A stretch of DNA of 63,047 nt from Octopus bimaculoides. Its lineage: Eukaryota. Under the pieces are notes generated by a model. The model made no database searches. It was not told the DNA's origin and saw only the letters and a program-made list of their open reading frames with translations. Positions 24,922 through 36,445 of this stretch are shown here, in pieces. The stretch spans positions 136,347,151 to 136,410,197 of the forward strand of contig NC_068982.1 in NCBI RefSeq assembly GCF_001194135.2. Reading direction: 5' to 3'. The translations under genes were made by a program, and so were the position numbers. The first letter of the stretch is position 1; each line of letters starts with the position of its first letter.

Positions 24922-25499
24922 TGTGTGTATGTATGTAGGTATGTATGTATATAGCGTGTGAATATGTGTCTGCAACTAAACATTAATCTTGAAATGAAAG
25001 AATATCTGTGAACACTTACTGTCAACAGCACTACATTGTCTTCTCATTGTCTCCGTTGAGTTGTATATTGGATTTAGTATCCCCAACAGTGAAAAAATTA
25101 CCAACACGCCAATTCAAATCAGATTAAACACTTTTCGTTAGATAATTTCCAGTTTGAAGCCGAGGTACTTTTGAAGATTTTAAGACAGAATCTTAAGAAA
25201 TGCAGTCAAATTTCTTCAGTAACACGGTACTGTAATCAGATGATTACACATTCTCTTACAAAATATCAGTAAATTGCTGCGGAGTAGTTATTTCACTTCA
25301 TTCTATGCGTCATGAAAGAACTTGGCGCATTTATACGTACGCAAAACTTACTATCATAAAAAGGTTCATTTACTCACAGAAACATACAAAAGCACTCACA
25401 TGCACAGACACACACTCACACGTACACACACATACAGACAAACACGCAAACACACACACAACATACACACATATAGAGGCATACGTGAGGGTGTGTGGT

Positions 25500-26225
25500 G
25501 AGAGGTCTCGCAACTGCACCAGTCCAATAATGAAGAAAAAGAAACATTGGAATAGGAAAACTATCTGGTTCACAACCCCCTACTCACCCGAGGTGACCTT
25601 TAATATAGGCAAGTATTTCTTAGCACTAGTAGATAGCCATTTACCAGTCAACCATAGTTACAGAAAGCTCTTCAACAGACATAACTTAAAAATTAGTTTC
25701 AGCTCAACTACTAATTTTAAAAATATAATCGCACACAACACACTAAAACCACAATATGAAACTAGCTGTTCATGCAGCGATAAAAATTTACGCCCGCTAA
25801 ATGGAGCTTGCATGTCCGAGACCATCATTTATGAAGCCACCGTGGACTCTATACCCTCTAAGGACACAGTTTCAACGAAGAAATACGTGGGTCTTACAGA
25901 GGGTAATTTCAAGGCCAGGTTCAATAATCACACCTTCAACTTCAGGCACTGGAATAAAAGGAAGCCGACCAAATTATCCAGTCATATATGATCCTTAAAA
26001 GATAAAGGTGTCAGATACAATATCCATTGGAAGATCTTAGCCAAGTGTAAGCCCTACACCAACAGCAGTGGAAAGTGCGGTCTTTGTGATATGGAAAGAT
26101 GGCTCATCTGGAAAAGCAGCTTAAAACTTGTCACATGTGTAAATTCAAGAACTGAACTTTTCGGATCATTTCCACATGTGGCTAAATATTTGTTACGTTT
26201 TTGGTCCCCCCGAGATTACAGATAG
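25500..26225 (+). mobile_element. Penelope-like element GIY-YIG region, open except for one TGA (25989-25991)
   Basis: RKTIWFTTPYS...LFNRHNLKISFS...SCSC...PLNGACM..IIYEATV...KYVGLTEGNFKARFNNH...TKLSSHI*SLK...WKILAKCKPY....KCGLCDME...NSRTELF, ending at TAG 26223-26225. Confidence 0.92.
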
Positions 26226-26984
26226 GACTTGCTTTCTATATTGTGTCCAAGTACAAGCTTTTTATCTCTCTATACTTTTTACTTATATTCCTTATATGTT
26301 TTTTAGTTATATTTCTTATATATTTTTTATATATTTTTTACACATTTATAGAGATATTGTTTTATTGTTTTATTGCTCATATATTTTTTACACATACTTT
26401 TTCTGTATTCTACCTTCCACCCAGCATTTTTCCTCTACGTATATAGACGTGTATATGGTATTTTTTGTGCGCATGTGGATGTGTGCGTGTGTGCGGGTAT
26501 GTGCGTATATAGACGAGTGTGTGTGTGTGCATACACGCGAGTATGTGCGTATATAGATGTGGTTTACTCTTATTGCTTATTTTTTACACTTTTTTACACA
26601 CTTTTCTGTATTTTGCCTTTAGCCCTGTTTTTTCTTGTGCATGTGCGTATATAGACGTGTGTATGAATGTTTATTTGTGTGCATGTGTGTGTGTGTATGC
26701 AAGCGCGTATGCGGGTATGTATATATTTTTGGGCGAATGTGTGGGTGAGCATGTCTGTGTTTCAAGTGAGCGTGGATGAGTATATACATATAGGAGCATG
26801 TACGTGGGGTGCGCGCGCGCATATGTTTGTATGGACACGAGCACATTTTTACTCCCTTACCTTTACTCACTTCCCTTACTTAGCGGTCATTCTAATAGCA
26901 CTTTTTTTTAATAACGGTCAACCACACGGTAATTTCCCTTTGTTTAACAATCATTTTCATAGCCCTTCTTTCGATTGTCCGATA

Positions 26985-27020
26985 ACTGAAGAGATGCCGG
27001 CGTGGGTTTCCGCCGAGACG
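26985..27020 (+). ncRNA. Degenerate hammerhead-ribozyme-like motif downstream of the PLE
   Basis: CTGAAGA, an imperfect stem II (ggcg-tgggtttc-cgcc), then GAGACGTC (GAAAC with one change, GUC triplet). Stem I pairing is poor. Confidence 0.35.
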
Positions 27021-27070
27021 TCCGCAACTTCGAGTTTTATCATGGCTACCGAATAATTGTCACATATCAT

Positions 27071-27116
<46 letters not shown>

Positions 27117-28641
27117 NNNNNNNNNNNNNNNNNNNNNNNNNNNNNNNNNNNNNNNNNNNNNNNNNNNNNNNNNNNNNNNNNNNNNNNNNNNNNNNNNNNN
27201 NNNNNNNNNNNNNNNNNNNNNNNNNNNNNNNNNNNNNNNNNNNNNNNNNNNNNNNNNNNNNNNNNNNNNNNNNNNNNNNNNNNNNNNATATATATATATG
27301 TATATGTATATGTATATTTTTGTATATGTTTCTATATATAAGAGAAAGAGAGAGTGAAAATGTGAGGGAGAAAGAGATGTGGGAGATTTATGGGCCTGCT
27401 GACGAAACACCTCAGCTTATTCTTCAACAAAATCGATTCCGGGTTGATTAAAACCAGCTATTTCTTTGGTTATCGCTTAGTGGATGCCATTGAATACTGG
27501 ACGGCGAAAGAGAAGGACAGACAACGCTCAAACCCCAGCAACTAACCTTGACTAACTACTCTCGCTCAAAATCTCAGACATTGTCTTATGCAGACAAAAA
27601 ACACATAAGGCATGAATATGTGCGTGCACATACCTATACGTGTGTGTGTGTGTGTGCGTGTGTGTGTGTGTGTGTGCCTGTGTGTGTATTGAAATGCATA
27701 TACGTAGAATAACTGAAGCAAAATGCAGCCAAGGAAAAACGTCAGAGAGTGCAGCGATTAAAATTACATAAAGCACATAAGTGTATTACTTGAATCGAAA
27801 ACAAGCCAATCATAGAATGAAGAAAACCCATCAGAAATCTTTTAAGGCATGTCAGAAAGTGGATTGTACTGACCTGCATAGTAACACTAACAGCATATTG
27901 AAAAGAGAAGTCTATTCAATTTAAACGCTTTCTTAATATGTTGAATTTGAAGCATGTGTCTCAGCAAATTAGTTGCTAACGAGCTGTGGGACTTACAATT
28001 TCTGTTGCTAACGTAAAAGTTATTAACTTTACGACCTCAACTGTTATATTGGTCATGCAAGTTTCACAATCACCTACCGGTTCCCCATGCAGCGGCAAAC
28101 CAGCAATTGCAATGTTTATACAGATGATAAAACTAGCTAAGAAAACATTACAGACAACACAACTATTGTTCCATGATCTCTGGGGACCAGCTGTTGTAGC
28201 TTTATTGCTTACATGTGATGTAAAATTTACTGACTTCAGCTTCGAGAAATAAATAGTTCAGGAATATATTCTATTTATTAAATATTTCAACTGAAACGGC
28301 ATTTCTATAAAGTTACCAAATTGCAACTAGTTAAGCGGAAGAAGGTTCCAAACAACAATCAATTATGATGGCTTCCAAGAGGCGGTTGTTGATAGATATT
28401 ACAAATTAAATTTGAGAAACAATAGTAAAACTAAAATCAAACACTTCCTAGCGTAAAGAAGTGTACATGTAAAGAAAAGAGTGCAGGATGTATAAATAAA
28501 ATATGTTTGTTTGCACAAATAGTATGTTCAGATTCTTCACTTGAATATTAAATTTGCAACAAGTTAAAATGTGAAAAATTAATAGAAAAAAAAGAACAAT
28601 CTTTTTTCCGGTACTGCAAAATAACTGAATTAAAAAAATAC

Positions 28642-28874
28642 TTTCTTATTTCTTTATTGCCCACAAGGAGCTAAACATACAGGGGACAAACGAGGACAGA
28701 CAAAGTGATTAAGTCGATTACATCGACCCCAGTGCGTAACTGGTACTTAATTTATCGACCCCGAAAGGATAAAAGGCAAAGTCGACCTTGGCGGATTTTG
28801 AACTCAGAACGTAACGGTAGACGACATACTGATAAGCATTTCGTCCGACGTGCTAACGTTTCTGCCAGCTCGCC
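28642..28874 (-). mobile_element. SINE group B (Meta-core), tail variant B1, full length
   Basis: Reverse complement is highly similar to 36022-36256. Confidence 0.92.
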
Positions 28875-29388
28875 ATACTTTCTCTAAAAAGAAAAGCCGT
28901 TGGAAAACAGATTATAGCAGCGACTCCATCAAAGAAAATCTAAATAAGGAATTCGGACAATGGATAACTAAATTACAACAGGTATATAGTCCATTTTTTT
29001 GTATTATAGTGTATTGTTGTACCATTCAAAACTTTTCATTTTGTTCAAAGATCAATTATAGTGTCATAAATATCATATACAAGATCTATTTGTTAAATGT
29101 AAACTACGCGTATAAAAGAAATTGTTTGAATAAGTGTTCGCAATAAGTGGCCAATATAAATTTGATCGACCAACAACGCTGTCAAAAATGAAAAAGTAAC
29201 CTGCTTAGATAGTGACAAATAGTGTCAAGAGAGCCCGTTATGATGCGTGCTGCAACGATATGATAACTGATAGGGATCCTTAGTCATGTGACGTGCAAAT
29301 CAAAATTGCTTCTTTTAATCGTTTATATCTGAGTTTAATATTGATATTTCAAAGATTATGAGAACCTACTGCGTATGGTACCAATCTG

Positions 29389-29467
<79 letters not shown>

Positions 29468-29486
29468 CTCCCACTCACACACACAC

Positions 29487-29542
<56 letters not shown>

Positions 29543-30332
29543 ACTGTGTGTGTGTGTGTGTCTGTGTGTATGAATCAATGTGTGTGTGTGTGATATTTGG
29601 GGTGAGGTGTCTCGCTTGTCTATGACGTTCAGATGTTTTAACAACCACCACTTTGATAATGTCACATCTATCGCGTCATTGTACACTTCCGGCAAAGAAC
29701 GCACAGCGCATATATAGAGAATGTGTGCTTCATAATGTCTACAACACTAGCGCTGCTTCTATATCATGTTTGAATTCATTCTTACATATGCATCGTCAGG
29801 TCACACCAGTAAAGTGTTATTACACTATTTGTATATAGTGAAGTACTGGCAATCCAGTTCCTCTCCGATTCGGTTCAGGTACGTGATGTTGATAAGCCAC
29901 AAAAGTGGAGCAACGTCGATGTCCGTTACTCCTGAATGGGATTTGTCTCACCTGTTCATAACATTCAGGTATTTTAACAGTCGGTGCCTTGATGGAGCAA
30001 TTTCCACCACGCTATTTGCAGCATACCGGCGAACAAGCAAAACACATGTACTGAGTGTGTGTTCGATATTATATACATACATACATACATACATATCTAT
30101 ATATATATATATGTGTGTGTGTGTGTATGTGTGTGTTTGTATACCAAGGGTATGAAAAGTACTGGTGTCTGGAAGATCCAAAACGTATAGGGTAGACGCA
30201 AAGTAAGTGCTATAGATAGACAATGGTTAAGTTCCAGGCTCGATAATGATACGAGTGAGGAGTTCAACGTGGGTCCTGTATTAGCATGCAGAATATTAAA
30301 AAAAACTAAGGCAGTAAATAGATTTCATAACA

Positions 30333-30574
30333 GTTCTATATTTAAGAAATGAGGGATTATGTACATTATTTACATTATTTACATTTGACGGATATTTGTC
30401 TTCATCTTGTTTGTTGTTAACACAAGGTTTCGGCTGATATACCTTGATATACTTAGCTTCGAACTTTTCCCCAAGACAGCTGATGAAGGCTGGAGGGTAT
30501 ATCAGCCGAAAGGTTGTGTTAACAACAAACAAGATGAGGACAAATATCGGTCAATTGTAAATAACGTAAATAAT
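30333..30574. mobile_element. Fold-back PLE terminal-repeat insertion with 15-bp TSD
   Basis: atagatttcataaca at 30318-30332 and 30575-30589; 79-bp inverted arms at 30365-30443 and 30496-30574 with about 6 mismatches. Confidence 0.8.
30474..30520 (+). ncRNA. Minimal type I hammerhead ribozyme core, probably decayed
   Basis: agacag-CTGATGA-a-GGCTG-gagggtatat-CAGCC-GAAA-ggtt-gtgtt: the conserved core plus a perfect 5-bp stem II. Stem I/III positions carry substitutions. Confidence 0.6.
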
Positions 30575-31099
30575 ATAGATTTCATAACATTTATGAAGAA
30601 AAGGTCTCTATGTGTGTATGTGTGTTTGTGTGTAGTATAATGTTATTAATGTAGTGTATGATATGATTCCACGTCATTTTTATATATATATATATCATAA
30701 TTTATAGTTTCATTAAAACAGATTTATGCTGTTTCGCTTAAAGACATATGAATATGGACGTCAGTCGCTGAATATCTGCTTAAATTATAGCCAGTAGATT
30801 CATGATTTAAATACATCGAATCGACATTTCAGATTTCTTTGTAAATTCATCTGCCCATCTTTTGGCTGGTCTTCAACAATAAACAATTCGATCCACTGCA
30901 CCTGTCTCATACATTTTGCATCACCCGTTGTCTTACAGTTTCATTCTAGGATAGCATGTTACTGTACACATAATAATAAATTATGAATATAATCATGCGT
31001 CACGTGCACTCTTGAAAACTATTCCTCTTGAACAGATTGAACTCATAGATTGAGTTGTTGTATAGCAAGAAAAATCGTATATACTATGTATATTTTTGT

Positions 31100-31225
31100 C
31101 GGTGGCACTCCAGCATGGTAGCAGTCAAATGACAATAACGAGTAAGGAGCATATATACTTATATATGTATATATATATATATTATTTTATTCTTTTATTT
31201 GTTTCAGTCGTTTGACTGCGGTCAA
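31100..31225. mobile_element. Two SINE group A 3' stubs, tail-to-tail around an AT tract
   Basis: ggtggcactccagcatggtagcagtcaaatgac on + (31100-31135) and tttcagtcgtttgactgcgg on - (31202-31221). Confidence 0.65.
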
Positions 31226-31680
31226 CTGAAATAGAAATATCAAACCTTGCTGCTAACTCACACGTAGTTTGAGATGTCTCCGCTTCCATTCCAGATCATC
31301 ATTATCCAACTTGGTCTCATGTCTACCACGGGGCTGATCTTCATGAGTAAAGTCACCAGATTGGAATTTCTCAAACATCGACGTGCATTGCGCTCATTCG
31401 CCAGAACGTCACCAAGCACCTCATTGATGTTTCGAGCTATCTGGGATGCACTAGTCCATGATGGAACTGATATTCATAAACAACACGAATGTTTTATCTA
31501 TCCACGGGTTCACAGAAGCTGATTTGCAACAGAAACCTCACAATATAATCAGACACCACGAATTACATTTCGAAAAGTGCATTTCAATGTTGTAAAATAA
31601 AGAAGTGTTAGGATAAAACATTAGAGTTAACTACTTTCAAACTTGGAGCATAAGAGAATCGGACATTTCATTATTAATGA
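31225..31680 (-). mobile_element. Mariner 5' fragment (HTH domain, degenerate TIR)
   Basis: Minus strand across a frameshift: (M)DR*NIRVVYEYQFHHGTSASQIARNINEVLGDVLANERNARR.FEKFQSGDFTHEDQPRGRHETKLDNDDL...QTTCELAARFDIS. Confidence 0.85.
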
Positions 31681-31790
31681 TATTTATGTGGTAAATCTTC
31701 AACAAGGGGAAGAGCACTCGATCAGCTAAGAGAGTAGAGGAATTATAATGTATATTATAAAATACTTTTTTCCAGAATCATTTACAGAAA

Positions 31791-32430
31791 TCTTTCTCTT
31801 ACTGGTTTCAACGCAGTGGTGAGGTCATGCTATTGCACCACTTTTAGTGACCAGTTTTTGGTAAAATAGCAACTTGCACAGAGCTGCTCTTTTTTGCATC
31901 TCCTGCCACGATGTGGGCTCATCTGGTATCTCAGACAGAAATCTGTCTTGAAAACTTCCACATCAACACCACATAGATCTCTACGGTTGCCTGGCAGGAT
32001 GTTGAACAATTGCGGGCCCTTGAAATCGAGATTATTGCAGTACTGTCTTCTTCTTTCTGATGGGGAAGACGGGATCTTCAGTAAGGTGCTGTGCCGTTAA
32101 GTTTGAGGATTGGTATATCTGTCAGTTCCAAAACTGGTACCTAAAACATCTGAGATCTTCCAAAAATATATCACTGCATATCTCTCTTGTCTTCTCTCCA
32201 GAGAATAGAGAGTCAGCTCCTTTAGCCCCTTACAGTAGCCCATATTTTGCATTGAGTCAATCATTTTTGTTTATTGGCGATGGATTGCTTCGAGTTCCAC
32301 AGTCTCTTTCACACTATCTGGGGAACATATCTGGAAGCAGTAGTCCAAGAACGAAAGTCTTCCATAGGTGTAGCAAGGCCTCTCTTATCCTGGATTCTTC
32401 GGAAAAAACAAAATTGTTGAAAAAATCTTC
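31791..32430 (-). mobile_element. CR1-type LINE 3' end (decayed)
   Basis: VELEAIHRQ...LKELTLYSLERRQERYAVIYFWK...YCNNLDFKGPQLFNILPG..RDLCGVDVEVFKT; tail gtggtgcaatagcatgacc...gttgaaacc at 31791-31843. Confidence 0.87.
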
Positions 32431-32789
32431 GATATTTATCCAGTCTTAATTCTAAGATATTTAAAATGAGCTTCTACGAAAGATCGCCACATGAAGTAAA
32501 ATATCAAAGTATGGCAATACTTTTGTTACTGTTCAGTATCATAATTCATTTGTCTTCATTGCCAGGATGTTTACAGAATCATTTTAAGAAAATCACGTTT
32601 ATTTCTTAAAGCTTATGAACTTGAAAATATGTTTATTAGTTTACCTGGGTACCTACTAATGAAAATCTTTTGAAAATGTAATTGTTCTAAAGCTTTTCTC
32701 TTCTACTTTGTCAATGATCAACTGAAAATTTAATATACTTCTAATCCCATTTCCTACCGAAGATTATGTTGTTTACAAATTTTCATGAT

Positions 32790-32930
32790 AAATAAATATA
32801 TATATATACACATATATGTATGTATACATATATATATACATACATATATACTCATATATATATATATATACATATATACATATATACGTGTATATATGAA
32901 TATACATATATGCATGTGTATGTAAATATG

Positions 32931-33020
<90 letters not shown>

Positions 33021-33065
33021 CATATGTCTGTGTAAGTATATACACATGTTACATGTGCATATATG

Positions 33066-33148
<83 letters not shown>

Positions 33149-33165
33149 CATAAAAGCACACACAT
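32790..33165. repeat. Compound (AT)n/(CA)n/(ATAC)n simple-repeat tract
   Basis: Directly visible; it generates the spurious YI/CV ORFs. Confidence 0.95.
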
Positions 33166-33940
33166 ATGCACAACATGGACATACACACATAAGATTTGAT
33201 AAACACGCATTTTTGCGTTTGTATATTGAATACTTTTGAAAGGAAATTGCAATCTCGTAGCAGCAGTACAGAAATGGCTTCGTAATTGTTTTAGTTTCAG
33301 AACCTAATATATGATTAGTTTGTTACACACATCTACACTTAGTATGTTAAATTTTACTAAACAGAATTATATATTTTTTTAAAGCTAGTGCTATATTTTA
33401 TTTACGTAATCAAGAAGGTGAGCATTATCCCACGCCCTTAGTCAGTGTCCCTGAAATTAGTGGTAAAGAGAAATTTATCTTCAACCGGGGGTCAAAGCAA
33501 AATGCTTTTAAATTTGAACTTTGCTAAAGGTACGCAAGGTGATGCGATGGAGTTAAACCGTGACGTATTAATTTATATACTCGTGTTTCCTCCCACATCA
33601 ACTCAAGCCCTATAATCTTGGTGCCCTCTAACGAACCATTTTAAAAACGGGATTTTTACTACCTTTTCAACAGTATTATCTACTTGTCGGAACTGATCAG
33701 TTTCCAGCTTCCTAAACTGAAGCCTTGCCTGGAAAATTCGTCTCCACTCATCGGGTTACCCACATTCTATTTACCCAACACCCGCAGGAACTACTATGAC
33801 CGATTTTTCCAGTACAAAAATTCGACCAGTTAGAATTCTTTACCTAGATGCTAACTTGCAATTTGTCATAGAAAATAACAGTTGCCTCAATCTTACATTC
33901 TTCCGATGTCCTGAAAGGACCCTTCCCATAATCCCCTCTA

Positions 33941-34087
33941 GCAGGGGTCGACACCACCCCTGCCGGAGCCTTCTGGAGCTTTAGGTGTTTTCGCTCAATA
34001 AACACTCACAAACTCAGTCCTGGAATCGAAACAACGATCCTACGACCGCGAGTCAGCTGCCCTAACCACTGAGCCATTGCGCCTCCA
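33941..34087 (-). mobile_element. SINE group C, 5' part
   Basis: Reverse complement matches 10313-10460. Confidence 0.88.
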
Positions 34088-34377
34088 CAGTTGAACATTA
34101 GTGAAGATGTAATCAACTTACCCCGCCTCTAAAATTGCTGGCCTTGTCTCAAAATTCAAAACCAATATACAACACAATGACAACGCTCGCATAATGTATT
34201 CCTTAAAGAAAATATGCCGTCTTATTGTCAACTTTATATATTTTAGCTGTTTTATTATATTTTTCAGGAACTCTGATATTGATGAGAAGACGGTAATTAA
34301 CAGAAAACGAAACCTGTCTATTAGATTCGTACCTGATTTCACACAATTACCGTCTAACAAATATCAATAAAGAAATA

Positions 34378-34540
34378 CATTTGAGAAACACACAAAAGCC
34401 GTTAGATACACTTCAACATTTAAATTTGCAGCACGGAATTTTGTCAATGAACAGGTCGTGGTCTCAAAGCGACGAAAATATTTTGGCAAATTAAATTTAA
34501 ATGTTGAAGTGACTAACAGTTTTTGTGTGTTTCTTAAATG
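34378..34540. repeat. ~160-bp fold-back (MITE-like inverted repeat, ~50-bp arms)
   Basis: catttgagaaacacacaaaagccgttagatacacttcaacatttaaattt versus reverse complement catttaagaaacacacaaaaactgttagtcacttcaacatttaaattt. Confidence 0.85.
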
Positions 34541-34838
34541 GCTTATAAACACCTTCCACACTGCAATTGTTTTCGTTCCAACACATGATCTCAGATCAGG
34601 TCACTTGCTATGCAAGTACATCTCCGTAAATACATCTGTTGATCTGGATTATAGCGGAACCTACACGCCCACGAAGTCATGCAGAGGGATCGTACTATCG
34701 TACTTTGTGATCTTGAAGCAAAACACGTGATCATACAAATATGACAAATATAAAATCGAATCCGAAGAATTACGTAAACTCATCCTGCAAATATATCAAG
34801 AATTACCGTACTCAATCCTTGATATCTCACGCTATAAA

Positions 34839-35052
34839 AGCGGTGAGGTGGTAGAATCGTTAGCACGTTGGGCAATATGCTTAATGACATTTCGTCCGTC
34901 TTTACGTTCTGAGTTCAAATCCCACCGGGGTCGACTGTGCCTTTCATCCTTTTGGGGTCGATAAAAGAAGTACCACTTAAACAATGGGTTCGATGTAATC
35001 GACTCACTCTTCCCCGAATTTGCTGGACTGATGCCAAAATATGAAAGCAATA
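34839..35052 (+). mobile_element. SINE group B (Meta-core), tail variant B2
   Basis: gcggtgaggtggtagaatcgttagcacg head, gttctgagttcaaatccc B-box region, gtcgactgtgcctttcatcc core, tttgctggactgatgccaaaatatgaaag tail. Confidence 0.9.
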
Positions 35053-35137
35053 TTTCACTCTTTAATTCCTGCTTGTTTCTTCTCTTCCTATATTTTAACT
35101 ATCTTATAATATTGCTATACATGATATTAGTGGTTGA

Positions 35138-35485
35138 CTTCCGTCGTTCGATGATGGGGATCCTGTTGTCCGGTCAACTGGGCAACCTGGTCCAATGAAT
35201 AGACGTGTAAGTAATTTAGAATTCCACAGATACGTGTACACTTAACCTAATTTTCAGGAGAGTCAGCCTGACTAATTATGACATATTATGACATGGCTGA
35301 TCTTTAATGAGTTACAAGACAATCTACCCGACAGGTTTCTATGTGGATTCCACCGACAACATTTCACTCACAAGTTGGGAATTTAAGGCTATAAAAACAA
35401 GAAAAAACATTTTATAAAGGATGCATTCAGTGCCATCGAACTGATGATATCATGATTGCAAAATAAATCCTTTACTATTCAACCA
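35138..35485 (-). mobile_element. Old degenerate SINE with a group C-like 3' part and a group A-like 5' part
   Basis: 35138-35320 resembles the reverse complement of 10500-10690 (ccacagatacgtgtacacttaac). 35330-35485 loosely resembles the group A head (ttcactcacaag, tactattcaaccac). Confidence 0.5.
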
Positions 35486-36021
35486 CAATGTATTACACTC
35501 CATTATAAAATAAGAAAATAGCTGTAGCGTCTTCGTAGAAAATCAACTTGAGAGATCATATTCTAAGTAACGATACATTTTAAGGAAGTCCTGGTTATAC
35601 ATAAAATATAAAATTATAAATGTATTAAATAAGAAATAGTAGCTTAGAAACGATAAATCTATACATTTTTTCCCTTCCACTTTCAAAATATTAACATTTC
35701 TATTGTCAATATGCTTTACAAAGAAATCGTAAAACCATTTCCCCATGGTTGATATATTCACAAATACATATCAAACGTTAGGTTCACAGACTATGTATTA
35801 TTGCAGATATTGAAAACATGATATGCTTTTATTTCAGCAATATATGAATTTGCGATGTGAAAAAAATAAGAGCGAAATGCTCATAAATATGTACAGAGTA
35901 ATTTTTATTGCTCTACCATAAAGTTATGTTCTATAACAATTCCGACTGCTTTGTTTTATTTGTAATATAGAACGTCCTCGCAATAAATGTATACGTCTCG
36001 AGTCATATTTTGTGCGCTGTT

Positions 36022-36445
36022 AAGGCGGTGACCTGGCAGAAACGTTAGCACGCCGAGCCAAATGCTTAACGGTATCTCGTCTGTCTTAACGTTCTGAGTT
36101 CAAATTCCGCCGAGGTCGACTTTGCCTTTCATCCTTTCGGGGTCGATAAATTAAGTACCAGTTACGCAATGGGGTCGATGTAATCAACTTAATCCCTTTG
36201 TCTGTCCTTGTTTGTCCCCTCTATGTTCAGCCCCTTCTGGGCAATAAAGCAATAAGAAATGTTAGCACACCGAGTGAAATGCTTAAACGGTATTTCGTGT
36301 GAGTTCAAATTCCGCCGAGGTCGACATTGCCTTTCATCCTTTTGGGGTCGATAAATTAAGTATAAGTTGCGTGCCGGGATCGATCTAATCGACTGGCTCC
36401 TCCCACCAAAACTTCGGACCTTGTGCTTAGAATACAAAAGCATAT
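36022..36445 (+). mobile_element. Head-to-tail SINE B dimer: B1 (36022-36256) plus 5'-clipped B3 (36257-36445)
   Basis: The gttagcac...gagttcaaattccgccgaggtcgac..tgcctttcatcc core occurs twice, with different 3' tails. Confidence 0.9.

Noticed and set aside
25989-25991. In-frame TGA in the PLE endonuclease as selenocysteine (reported for some Naiad PLEs)
   Set aside because: It falls at the position of a usually conserved Trp (S.HIW.LK), so TGG-to-TGA decay is simpler. Neighbouring Cys motifs are also mutated, and I saw no SECIS.
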